Shown here: positions 28,246-38,204 of the stretch, one piece after another
How the letters are laid out: every line of letters begins with the position of its first letter
How positions within the stretch are numbered: position 1 is the stretch's first letter
Assembly (NCBI GenBank): GCA_009877105.1
Contig: WXFD01000006.1
Coordinates: forward strand, 74,497-138,496
DNA from: Bacteroidales bacterium
GTDB taxonomy: Bacteria; Bacteroidota; Bacteroidia; Bacteroidales; VadinHA17
Direction of reading: 5' to 3'
Length of the DNA: 64,000 nt
Translations under genes and position numbers: made by a program
The notes under the pieces: model-generated
Database searches by the model: none
The model's input: only the letters and a program-made list of their open reading frames with translations
Told to the model about the DNA's origin: nothing

Positions 28246-30240
28246 TCAGATAATATTGAATAACGAAAGCAACAGTACAAGAAGCATGAACAGGAAAGCA
28301 TATAATATGTAATGCCTGATCTGCCCTGTCTGCATCACCGCTATCTTTTTCAGCAATCCCGAGAGCCGGTTCACGGGCAAGTCGATAAGATAGAGCCTGA
28401 AAATGTCATGACTCCGGGTAAAGAATTCACGTTTGCCGGGGAACAATTCATTTTCATCGGGTAAATCAACAATCTTTCCTGTACGCAGCACGGGTTTTGC
28501 AAGCACGTTGAAATTCCCCGAAAACGAGTTAGCCGTGTATTGATGCCGAGGTGTTATCGCGGTGTAGCCGCAACCCCAGGTTGGACCAGCCTCGACGACT
28601 CTCCTGCTCAAATGATACCGACGGTACAGGAGCAATGCACCCAGGGTGACCACAAGAATGCCACCGGCAAGGCTGATCCGCGACAAATTATAGGATAAAG
28701 CACCGGCAACCATTGGCATACCTTTCAGGCCCCATGTTATCATAACGTTGTTGAACACCGGTTTTACTACGACAGAGGAACCCAAGCCGACCAAAAGTAT
28801 CAATCCCACTGTAAATACCTGGGGAATAATCATACCCGGCGTCGTCTCTCCCGCGTGGTTCATTGCTGCAGTCCTGGCTTCACCGAGGAAAACAATGCCA
28901 AACGCCCTTGTAAAGGCAAAAAGCGCCAGGCCTCCAATGAGTGACAGGGCAAGAATTGCCACGATCATAAGCAGTGAAATATATAGGGTGGCGTCGGAAA
29001 GGCTGTAAAACATACCCATGTAAATCAGGTATTCCGAAATGAACCCGTTGAAGGGAGGCAGTCCGCAAATAGCCAGAGACCCGGTTAAAAACATCATGGC
29101 AGTCCACGGCATCTTCTTCATCAGCCCTCCCATTTGCTCCATGTTCCTGGTGTGGGTGGCATAATAAACCGATCCGGCATTGAAAAACAGAAGCGACTTG
29201 AAGAGCGAGTGGTTAAAAACGTGCAGTAAAGCACCGGCGAATCCAAGCAGGGCCAGCGATTGACTTCCAAGGGCCTGTCCTGTCACTCCAAGTCCAAGGC
29301 CTATGCCAATAATACCGATATTTTCTATGGTGCTGTATGCCAGCATCTTCTTCATGTCGCTCTGAACCAGGGCCATCATGATTCCTCCAAGCCCCGACAT
29401 GATTGATATTACCAGAATGAATATCCCCGTCGCCAGGAGGTCAGACTGCATCGAGGCCAACACCCGAGCTATACCATAAATACCCATTTTTATCATCACA
29501 CCCGACATTATTCCAGAGACATGCGACGGGGCCGCCGGATGAGCCTCCGGCAGCCAGGTATGCATGGGAACGAAACCTGCCTTGATGGCAAACCCAACAA
29601 AGAAAAGCAGGAACAACGGCAGGTTGTGATGGCCGTCAAAATATTCTGCCAGGGCATCAAAACTCAACCGCCCGGTAGATCTGTAAACAAGAAGGAAAGC
29701 TATCAAAATGAAAAACATCCCGACATGCATCTGGATGAGATAACTGATACCGGTTTTCATGATCTTCCTGTCTTCCGCCTCAAAAATCACGAGGAAAAAG
29801 GATGATAAAGCCATGATTTCCCATGCAACCAGGAAGGCAAGTCCGTCGCGCAGCATGACAACCATCAGCATCGAGAGCCAAAGCCAGAAGTAGGAAAAAA
29901 AATGAATCGAGAAACGAGTATTTTGCTTTGTCTGCCGGTAAGGGGCCAGATAACCCCGGGCATAAAAAAATCCGATCAGAACTGTTATATTAATAACAAT
30001 GACGAAGAAAGCACTCAGGCTGTCAAGGGTCAAAACAAAACCAGGGCCATGAGCGGGCCGGAAAAGGATCAATTCAATGGCAGGAGCCGATCCTGTAAGG
30101 ATATCAATAGACCATGAGCCGGAAAGAGCCACGCCGGCCAGCAGCAGGGCAAGGGTGAAATAATACTTGAGAGGCTCAGACACTGCAAATATCAACAGAG
30201 ACAGGGCAATGATGATTAGGAATGCAACGGAACCAAACAT
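28246..30240 (-). CDS. NuoL/HyfB-like antiporter-type membrane subunit (EhrA-like)
   Basis: WEIMALSSFFLV and HTWLPEAHPAAPSHVSGIMSGVMIKMGIYG motifs. 664 aa and highly hydrophobic. Confidence 0.88.
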   Translation of the reverse strand: MFGSVAFLIIIALSLLIFAVSEPLKYYFTLALLLAGVALSGSWSIDILTGSAPAIELILFRPAHGPGFVLTLDSLSAFFVIVINITVLIGFFYARGYLAPYRQTKQNTRFSIHFFSYFWLWLSMLMVVMLRDGLAFLVAWEIMALSSFFLVIFEAEDRKIMKTGISYLIQMHVGMFFILIAFLLVYRSTGRLSFDALAEYFDGHHNLPLFLLFFVGFAIKAGFVPMHTWLPEAHPAAPSHVSGIMSGVMIKMGIYGIARVLASMQSDLLATGIFILVISIMSGLGGIMMALVQSDMKKMLAYSTIENIGIIGIGLGLGVTGQALGSQSLALLGFAGALLHVFNHSLFKSLLFFNAGSVYYATHTRNMEQMGGLMKKMPWTAMMFLTGSLAICGLPPFNGFISEYLIYMGMFYSLSDATLYISLLMIVAILALSLIGGLALFAFTRAFGIVFLGEARTAAMNHAGETTPGMIIPQVFTVGLILLVGLGSSVVVKPVFNNVMITWGLKGMPMVAGALSYNLSRISLAGGILVVTLGALLLYRRYHLSRRVVEAGPTWGCGYTAITPRHQYTANSFSGNFNVLAKPVLRTGKIVDLPDENELFPGKREFFTRSHDIFRLYLIDLPVNRLSGLLKKIAVMQTGQIRHYILYAFLFMLLVLLLSLFNII

Positions 30241-30461
30241 CGGAAATACATTTGACCGCGAATGTATAAAATATCAGATTCAAAAATCAATCCTGATTCC
30301 CGGACGTGAGTGATAAATAATGATTCGGGGTTGTTTCACCTGGTTCATCCTGGGACCGGCAAAATATCTTGCCATGGTGCCTGAATGATGAATATCAGTA
30401 CCCCGGCACCAGGATAGTTACATAAACTTATGCTATTTTTACCGGTTACTATAAGGACCGG

Positions 30462-31373
30462 ATGAATGAAAGGAAAAAAGTAGCCTGGGCTTACGCGGGC
30501 CTTACACTGATGACACTTATTATCGGGTTCTCCTTCATTTTTGTCAAGATTGCCCTCAGGCATGCCCCGCCTTCTGACCTTCTGGCGCATCGCTTCACCA
30601 CTGCCACTATCGGATTAATTATCTATTATGTCTTTAACAGGAGAAAACGGCCAGGGATAAAAAGGGAAAATATTCCTGCCCTGCTGGCCTTATCACTGTT
30701 CTACCCCTTGCTGTTGTTCGGATTTCAAACCCTTGGGCTCAAATACACGTCAGCCTCTGAGGCCGGGATCATCTCGGCTGTTACACCAATCATAACCCTG
30801 GTTCTTGCCGCCCTGTTCCTGAAAGAAAAAAATACCCCGGTGCAAATCCTTTTCGTTTTATTGTCCGTATCGGGGGTAATCTATATCATGTACAGGAACG
30901 GGATAACCGCGATAACCGGAGCAAGCATGAAAGGCAACATGCTGATTCTCCTGTCGGTTATCTCGATAGCCATATATTATGTCATGGGGAGAAAAGCCAA
31001 TAAACAGTTCAATTCCATGGACATCACCTTTTTCATGAGTCTCACGGCATGCATCGTGTTCAACTGCGCCGCGGTCGCCATGCATGTAAAATCAGGAAAC
31101 CTTGCCCACTATTTCGACGCGTTTAAAAACCCGGGATTTCTTTGGCCCATCCTCTATCTCGGGATTCTTTCCACCTTCCTGACGTCCTTCCTTGGCAACA
31201 ATGCACTGTCGGTGATACCGGCTGCGCAGGTGTCAATATTCAATAATTTCAGCCCGGTGATTTCAGTGTTTGGCGGGGTGTTCTTCCTCAATGAAACACT
31301 TAAGGGATGGCATATCATAGGTGGAATACTGGTACTGGGAGGAATAATAGGCGTTAACTATTTCCGGAAGTGA
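30462..31373 (+). CDS. DMT-superfamily (EamA-like) transporter
   Basis: About ten TM segments in two similar halves, about 300 aa. Confidence 0.8.
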   Translation: MNERKKVAWAYAGLTLMTLIIGFSFIFVKIALRHAPPSDLLAHRFTTATIGLIIYYVFNRRKRPGIKRENIPALLALSLFYPLLLFGFQTLGLKYTSASEAGIISAVTPIITLVLAALFLKEKNTPVQILFVLLSVSGVIYIMYRNGITAITGASMKGNMLILLSVISIAIYYVMGRKANKQFNSMDITFFMSLTACIVFNCAAVAMHVKSGNLAHYFDAFKNPGFLWPILYLGILSTFLTSFLGNNALSVIPAAQVSIFNNFSPVISVFGGVFFLNETLKGWHIIGGILVLGGIIGVNYFRK

Positions 31374-31578
31374 AAAAAACCGGCTTCCATACCCGACTAT
31401 TCCTCCCCGCGGTACCCGTATTTTAGTGTTAATCAATTAACAAATGAGCTTTTCGCCTTATTCCTGCTACGCTCCGATTAACAGGACAGATACTAATTTC
31501 AACCCTCACGGCGTCCTGCTTGCATGTTACTTACAGGAATACAAATAATTCTTGTTTAAATACTTTTAAGGTTGCTGT

Positions 31579-32385
31579 CTAGTCTTCCTGAACAACAAAA
31601 TCCCACATGTACTCGACTTCTGGCGTACATTCAATATCTATGTCATCTATATCGCAATCCCATTCAAGGTTGCCATTAATGTCAATCAGTTTATTGACGC
31701 ACGTTGCTACAACTCCTCCGCCAAGCCTCCATAAGATTTTGGCAGTCTTACCGGATTTGATCGTAAATCCGCCCACTTTTTCCTTTGCTGAGCCAAGCTT
31801 GAATTTCCCATCTACTAAGGAAAAGTTACCCCCGGTGCTGAAATAGTCATCCGGTGCCCATGAGGTGTCAGCCGGATCGCAGGGATCGGTTGAACTGCCC
31901 ATCGTTTCCAGTAATTCATACACAACGTTGGGATCAGATATTAATTTACAGTGCCTGTAAAAGATGTTTCTAAACTTTATTTTGATGCTTTTATACTCAC
32001 CGGCTGGTAGTTCAACTGCCGGAAAGGTATAATCCTCGAAAAGTTTCAGCTCGTAATTGGTATCCTTAGTCAGCTTTATCCACTCCAGGTTGTCGGGTTC
32101 GCCTTCCCTTACAACCCCCTGTGAAACCCATACATCTCCAATCCCCAGTTTCATGCTTGTCATAATGGTTTCGGTTATTTCATCAACCAGTTTAGGATTA
32201 CCATCATCAGCTTTTGCCTGATTCACACCACCCTTGGAAGATCCTGCCATGGGATTAATACATTTAACTTCCAGGAAACCAGTGCCTGTAAGGTCATCAT
32301 CATTCCCTTTTTCCTAGCTGCAGCCCGCAAAAATAAGTGAAGCAGTAACCAAAATTCCAAATAATCTCATTGTTTTCATCATCAT
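31579..32385 (-). pseudogene. Lipoprotein gene (DUF4382-like?) interrupted by an in-frame TAG two codons after the lipobox Cys
   Basis: My minus-strand translation from the ATG at 32385 gives MMMKTMRLFGILVTASLIFAGCS-TAG(32316-32314)-EKGNDDDLTGTGFLEVKCINP-MAGSSKG..., which is in frame with the 223-aa track ORF. Confidence 0.6.
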
Positions 32386-33043
32386 TCTTTTTAGTTTGGA
32401 AATATTTGTTAATTCAAAATATCATACGTATTACTCAAAAACCTGGTCATTCCAATTCAGATCCTGCCTGACAGCAAGAAAAAACCTTCCCTGCAATCGC
32501 GCATGATTGCTTTCCGAAGTAGTTTCTTAAATGCTGGTGCCGGTCCTGGCCAGGGCCGTTGATTGCCTGAATTGCAACATCCAGTTAAGTTAACGCCCGC
32601 TGAATAATTAAATTGCCCTGACCCGGATCTTCATTACCAAAAATCTGCATGAATCCTGATATATATCTGACAACCAGGGATTCCAGATTTCGGAATCAGA
32701 CGGATTCAAATTTAAATTAATGGTACAAAATGACCGGTTCATCGTAAATATGCAGGACCTGGTACTGTCTATTTCTGTTTTTTTTATTTATGCGTCATGA
32801 TTGTTTGAAGTCCCCTCCTGCTGAATCGATAATTAGTAAAAAAATTAAGTCTGGCAACATAATTTCATAGAAAAATTCCTGCATAACCCGTTTTCAAACT
32901 GTTTTATAAAATCCTTAGTCTGATGAGAATAATATCTTTGATATCAATTACTAAAAGCAGGGGAAATATTGAAAATGAAAAACAGAGTTACATTTACCAT
33001 AATTCTCCGGAATCATAATCTCACTTTGAAAATTTTCAACCAG

Positions 33044-34597
33044 ATGAAAAAAGTAATCATACTAATAACGCTGATCCTGATCCCTGCAGTCCTGGGGTCG
33101 CAGCCCCTGAAAACCGCGGATATCGACAGGCTTGTAATCAGGACGATGGAAACCTTCAATGTTCCCGGGATCGCGGTTGCGGTGATAAAGGATGACAATG
33201 TTGTTCACATGAAGGGGTACGGGGTCAGTTCCATCATTACCGGTAAAAAAACCGACGAGAACACCCTCTTTGCAATTGCATCAAACAGCAAGGCATTTAC
33301 AGCAGCAACTCTCGGGATCCTTGTTGACGAGGGTAAAATAAGGTGGGAAACCAGGGTTACTGATATCATACCCGAATTCAGGCTTTACAACTCCTATGTC
33401 ACAGAAGATTTTAATATAAAGGACCTCCTCACACATCGCAGCGGGCTGGGCCTGGGAGCGGGCGACCTGATGCTCTGGCCCGACTCCTCCCTGTTCACCA
33501 GGGAGGAAATTATCCATAACCTGAGATACCTTAAACAGGTATCCCCTTTCCGCACTAAATATGACTATGACAACCTGCTTTACATAGTGGCCGGCGAGAT
33601 TGTTGCAAGGATCTCCGGACAGAGCTGGGAACAGTTTGTTGAGCAACGTATCATGAAGCCTCTTGGAATGGACAGGTCATCGGCATCATTGAAAAGAGCC
33701 AAAGACATGTCAAACATCATTGATGCCCACGTGCCTGTAGATGGGAAACTGCAGGTTGTACCCAAATACCAGGGAGAAACCCTTAACTCCGCGGGCGGGA
33801 TCATAAGCAGCGTTGCCGATATGAGCCGGTGGGTAATAATGCTTTTAAATAACGGCAAATACGGTGAAGGCAATACTGAACAGCTTTTCTCGGAAGCCGT
33901 TCAGCGCGAGATGTGGACACCTCAGACTATACTCCCCCTCAGGAGCAGCGGACCCTACCGCAGTCATTTTGCTGCCTACGGGCTCGGGTGGCAGCTGACA
34001 GATGTTGCAGGATACATGCAGGTTTCCCACACGGGCGGATTAAACGGGATTGTTACGCAGGTAACACTTATCCCCGAGCTGAAACTGGGCATCATTGTCT
34101 TTACAAACCAGCAGGAAGGAGCTGCATTCTCGGCCATTAGCAATACCATAAAGGATGCTTACCTGGGACTAAAAGGCAGCGACTGGATCAAAACCCTCCG
34201 GGATAATACTGAGTGGAGCAAAACCAGGGCCCAAAGAATAATCGATGAGGTATGGGCAAAAGTCGAGGCTCAAAGCTCGGGTAATGGCATCCGGCCGGAT
34301 CTCTCTTCCTATGCCGGCACGTACCTCGACAGCTGGCTTGGCGAAATCATGATCACGGAAGAAAACGGGAAACTCAGGTTCAGATCTGCCAAATCACCCA
34401 GGCTCAGGGGCGACATGTATTATTATACCGGCAACACCTGCATTGTGAAATGGGATGACAGGTACATGGATGCAGACGCTTATGTCGTTTTCTCACTCGA
34501 CAAGGACGGGAAGGCTGCAGCCTTTACAATGGAAGCCATCTCGCCCCTGACCGATTTCAGCTATGATTTCCACGACCTGAATCCGGTACGGAAATAA
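33044..34597 (+). CDS. Serine hydrolase of the class C beta-lactamase / PBP family, secreted
   Basis: Signal peptide from the ATG at 33044. SxxK motif ASNSKAF, a YDYDN segment (YxN) and an extra C-terminal domain. Confidence 0.8.
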   Translation: MKKVIILITLILIPAVLGSQPLKTADIDRLVIRTMETFNVPGIAVAVIKDDNVVHMKGYGVSSIITGKKTDENTLFAIASNSKAFTAATLGILVDEGKIRWETRVTDIIPEFRLYNSYVTEDFNIKDLLTHRSGLGLGAGDLMLWPDSSLFTREEIIHNLRYLKQVSPFRTKYDYDNLLYIVAGEIVARISGQSWEQFVEQRIMKPLGMDRSSASLKRAKDMSNIIDAHVPVDGKLQVVPKYQGETLNSAGGIISSVADMSRWVIMLLNNGKYGEGNTEQLFSEAVQREMWTPQTILPLRSSGPYRSHFAAYGLGWQLTDVAGYMQVSHTGGLNGIVTQVTLIPELKLGIIVFTNQQEGAAFSAISNTIKDAYLGLKGSDWIKTLRDNTEWSKTRAQRIIDEVWAKVEAQSSGNGIRPDLSSYAGTYLDSWLGEIMITEENGKLRFRSAKSPRLRGDMYYYTGNTCIVKWDDRYMDADAYVVFSLDKDGKAAAFTMEAISPLTDFSYDFHDLNPVRK

Positions 34598-34608
34598 CAG
34601 TCATAAAT

Positions 34609-35697
34609 TCACGGATTGTATTTTATATCTTCAATCTCAAGCAAGAGCCAGGTCCAGTCACCATCCGGAAGTTTCCACGTTGCCGTCATCCTCGACGGGA
34701 CCTTTATCCCACCGAAGGTGCCGTACTCCTCAACGTCGAGAACCCATTCGAATCGTTGGGCATCAGGGCTATTCTCCATGAAACGCTGCGCAGAATACCT
34801 GATGAAGTCGCCTTCCTTACTGAAATGAAATGTTCCGCCTGCCGTTACCCCCTTATAGTTCATTTCTGCCCTGACCGTTACGTCATCAACCTGCTCCCAG
34901 GTAATGTTCTTACCGGGAGCCATGGAGGGAAACCAGACCATTTCACCAAGATAACGCTGCACTGTTGATTCAGTAAGTCTTGGCCCCTTCTCATTTGCCA
35001 CGTTGAATAACGAGTTTAATTTAATCAACATTTCTCCCTGCCCTTCAAAATATTTATCCCTTCCCATGAAGTAAACGAGAGGATTCATTTCAGCATTAAC
35101 AGTCCAGATAAAGCCCGGAACCGAAATAGTTGAATATTGCAGCGCTGAAGCCCTTATCCACCTTTTCTGACCAGGCTTCATTTTCATCTGCGCCCGTTGA
35201 ACGACCCTGCCACTGATGATAAAGGGCTTCCCGATTGCCCCCGTGCGATGGAGCCATTGTTTTACCGGTTCAGGCAGTTCCGCGATATCGCCCTCATGCA
35301 TGATGCCAGGGGTAATATCTTTTACTCTGTTCAACAAACTTCGAGTTTCTTCTTCAACCTTTTTATTAAAATTAAAACTGCCCAGAGAGACAATTGAAAC
35401 CAGAAGGATCATAATATTGGGAAGAGTTCCGGCCCGGGCATCCTCCCAGAACATGATAACCAGTGTTTGCGATACTGCAACCGCAATAAAACCAGCGAGC
35501 CAGGCATACCTGTAATTCGTTGATTTTAATGTGCCGAAAACCATGATCAGCAACGCTGCCACCAGCCAGATAACTCCCTCAAGGCTGGAAACCGGCAGTT
35601 TTAACGCTTTAACCTCGCTGATCCCTGATCCCTTAACAAATCCCAGGATATGGATAAGTCCGTGCAGGAACACAATTATCAAAAACGTGATTCTCAT
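34609..35697 (-). CDS. Membrane-anchored hypothetical protein (resembles DUF6544)
   Basis: The N-terminus has 3-4 TM helices starting MRITFLIIVFLHGLIHILGFVK, followed by a soluble domain of about 240 aa. The family name is from memory only. Confidence 0.4.
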   Translation of the reverse strand: MRITFLIIVFLHGLIHILGFVKGSGISEVKALKLPVSSLEGVIWLVAALLIMVFGTLKSTNYRYAWLAGFIAVAVSQTLVIMFWEDARAGTLPNIMILLVSIVSLGSFNFNKKVEEETRSLLNRVKDITPGIMHEGDIAELPEPVKQWLHRTGAIGKPFIISGRVVQRAQMKMKPGQKRWIRASALQYSTISVPGFIWTVNAEMNPLVYFMGRDKYFEGQGEMLIKLNSLFNVANEKGPRLTESTVQRYLGEMVWFPSMAPGKNITWEQVDDVTVRAEMNYKGVTAGGTFHFSKEGDFIRYSAQRFMENSPDAQRFEWVLDVEEYGTFGGIKVPSRMTATWKLPDGDWTWLLLEIEDIKYNP

Positions 35698-35953
35698 TCA
35701 ACTCAAGCAGCCTGTGTTTTTCTCCGTAATTGATTTTTTCCTGATCTCAACTTTGCTGGTACATTAACACATAAGTGCCCTAATTTACAATAAATATGGG
35801 GAATCAGTATCCTGCAGGAAAAATCGTTGTCAGAATAAGAAAAACACTTCTCCCACGAGAACCTCTTTATTGCAAAATCGCCTGGCGCAGTTGAACAGCC
35901 CGTAAAAAATAAAATAACTTTGCCGGAAATTTAACTTTTTTACGGGAGATCTT

Positions 35954-37381
35954 ATGAACACGAAAGAGATCGTGGATAAACTCCATGAGCTGGATCAATC
36001 GAGCAGTGAACTTGAAATACAGGAATCTGACAGGGCGGCGCTGATTAAGCTGGTAACGGATTATTCAAATGAATTTATTGCAGGGTTGAATGACAGGAAT
36101 GTATTTTTTGAAAGGCGGCCAGGATCCCTTGAAATCGGCGGCAATAAAAAAACCATGTCAGAACTTCTTGATATTTATCGGAAAGAAGTGGCGGAAACAG
36201 GTATCAATGCTGCATCGGGCAAACATCTGGGATATATCCCGGGCGGCGGGATCTTTGCCGCAGCTCTTGCCGATTTTATTGCAGCTTTTACCAATCCGTA
36301 TGCAGGTGTGTACTATGCTTCACCCGGTGCAGCCGGGATAGAAAATGAAGTTATCCGCTGGCTGAAGAAAATATTTTCTTTTCCTGAGAGTTCGGTGGGC
36401 AACCTGACATCAGGCGGATCAGTATCGGCGCTGATCGCTTTTACGGCCGCAAGGGACAAATACCAGGTAAAGAACGAATCTGTCCGTAAGAGCGTGGTTT
36501 ATATCACGGAGCAGGCGCACCATTCTGCCCGGAAAGCTTTGCGGATCATAGGCCTCGAAGACGTGATTATCCGTTATGTGCCAATGGATGATCACCACAG
36601 GATGAAGACCGGTGAACTGGATGAACTGGTGCAAAGGGATAAAACTGCCGGACTTAATCCTTTTCTGGTTATCGGGTCGGCGGGAACGACTGATACCGGA
36701 GCTGTTGATCCCCTGGACGGGATAGCTGATATCGCGGGGAAACACAACCTCTGGTTTCATGCCGATGCAGCTTATGGCGGATTCTTCATCCTGACATCAA
36801 AAAGGGAATTGTTCATGGGAATTGAAAGGGCCGATTCGATCATCGTTGATCCTCACAAGGGCATGTTCATTCCCTACGGAGTTGGTGCAGTTCTGATCAG
36901 GGACAAGGCCAGTGTTTTGTATTCGCACCAGTATGCTGCAAACTACATGCAGGATGCCGCTGCGGAAGAGCTGATTCAAAGCCCGTCAAATCTCTCCCCT
37001 GAACTGACGAAACATTTCAGGGGTCTCCGCGTATGGCTGCCCCTTCAGATACATGGTATTGAACCTTTCATATCATGCCTCGAGGAAAAGCTGCTATTGG
37101 TAAAATATTTCAGAAACAGGCTTGGTGAACTGGGATTCAGACTCGGGCCCGAGCCCGACCTGTCAGTAAGCTATTTCTGGTATCCGTTTGAAACTGACCA
37201 GGATGAAAAAAACAGGCAGCTGATGAAAGAAATTCATGCCGACGGAGATGTTTTTTTAAGCTCTTCCGTAATTGACGGCAGATTTGTGATCCGGATTGCC
37301 ATACTGGCATTCAGAACAAAAAAGGCATCCATCGACCGTGCCCTGGAAATGATAAAAAGGTGCCTCGAAAAAATCCGTTAA
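35954..37381 (+). CDS. PLP-dependent group II decarboxylase (aromatic-L-amino-acid/tyrosine decarboxylase-like)
   Basis: HADAAYGG and the DPHKGMF (PLP-lysine) motifs, GGSVSALIAF, about 475 aa. Confidence 0.8.
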   Translation: MNTKEIVDKLHELDQSSSELEIQESDRAALIKLVTDYSNEFIAGLNDRNVFFERRPGSLEIGGNKKTMSELLDIYRKEVAETGINAASGKHLGYIPGGGIFAAALADFIAAFTNPYAGVYYASPGAAGIENEVIRWLKKIFSFPESSVGNLTSGGSVSALIAFTAARDKYQVKNESVRKSVVYITEQAHHSARKALRIIGLEDVIIRYVPMDDHHRMKTGELDELVQRDKTAGLNPFLVIGSAGTTDTGAVDPLDGIADIAGKHNLWFHADAAYGGFFILTSKRELFMGIERADSIIVDPHKGMFIPYGVGAVLIRDKASVLYSHQYAANYMQDAAAEELIQSPSNLSPELTKHFRGLRVWLPLQIHGIEPFISCLEEKLLLVKYFRNRLGELGFRLGPEPDLSVSYFWYPFETDQDEKNRQLMKEIHADGDVFLSSSVIDGRFVIRIAILAFRTKKASIDRALEMIKRCLEKIR

Positions 37382-37463
37382 AGGGGCTGCGCCATGTTAA
37401 CAACCAGGGATCACCGGGCCCTTGCCTGGAAATTTTGTTATACCCTGATTACGGTCCTGGTTT

Positions 37464-37895
37464 TTAACCTGTTAACAGTTTCCGGAAATACCTGGTGCCT
37501 GAAAGGAACAGGGCCACACCTATGCCAAGGTAAATTATCGAGAGGTATGGCTTGGGGATTGATGAGTGGCGTAAACCGATCCCCATTGAAACCATGATGA
37601 CAATGATAAGGTAGCTTTTCCAGGAGATAAATGCAAATGCACATGATTGATCAGGTAATCGTGAAATACGGTCGAGGTTTTTGTCGACTATTTTCAGGAA
37701 CCCGAAATGATGAATGATCATGGCGGCAGTTAATCCGGGTATTGCAAAAAGCCAGGTTCTTCCTTCGTAATCCGATAACCACCGGTATGCCATGAGCGAT
37801 AACATTAATCCCACACCGCACCACATTGCCCCGGCAATAAGCATTAATACCTTCCGCGGTACGGAAGGTTTCAGATTTCCTTCAAATCCGGCCAT
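37464..37895 (-). CDS. Hypothetical 4-TM membrane protein
   Basis: The ORF shows a clear hydrophobic periodicity. I recognised no motif. Confidence 0.5.
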   Translation of the reverse strand: MAGFEGNLKPSVPRKVLMLIAGAMWCGVGLMLSLMAYRWLSDYEGRTWLFAIPGLTAAMIIHHFGFLKIVDKNLDRISRLPDQSCAFAFISWKSYLIIVIMVSMGIGLRHSSIPKPYLSIIYLGIGVALFLSGTRYFRKLLTG

Positions 37896-38204
37896 GCAAT
37901 CTCAGGCTTTCCAGGTCAAATATGATTTATAATCTTCAATTAAGCAAGAGACCAGGGGTGCAATCGTTACACAAGAGCTGCGCCTGTTATAATAATCACC
38001 TTCTGTACAACTGGTTACAGGAATTTAAGCCATAACAGACTTTTGCATATACTCCTTCATATTTTCACATGGCACTCATGCTGCATGGTGCAAGCATATG
38101 TCATATCAGGAACAGAGCAGTTCGCCGATTGACAATAAAAGCTTAATTTTAACATATCATAATATCCGAAAGGTTTTTGCCGCCCGGATACCGGAAATCC
38201 TGCC

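Noticed and set aside
22984-30240. Annotating the cluster as a functional group 4 [NiFe] hydrogenase (hyf/hyc, formate hydrogenlyase)
   Set aside because: The large subunit has no Cys at either NiFe-binding motif position and no C-terminal maturation peptide. The small subunit lacks two cluster ligands. No hyp or formate dehydrogenase genes are visible. I therefore call it hydrogenase-related, not a hydrogenase.
31579-32385. Stop-codon reassignment (TAG or TAA read as sense), suggested by in-frame stops here and at about 5530
   Set aside because: All the long, well-supported genes in the window are intact under the standard code and end at standard stop codons. Two isolated cases in an eroding island and in one lipoprotein gene fit pseudogenisation or sequencing error.
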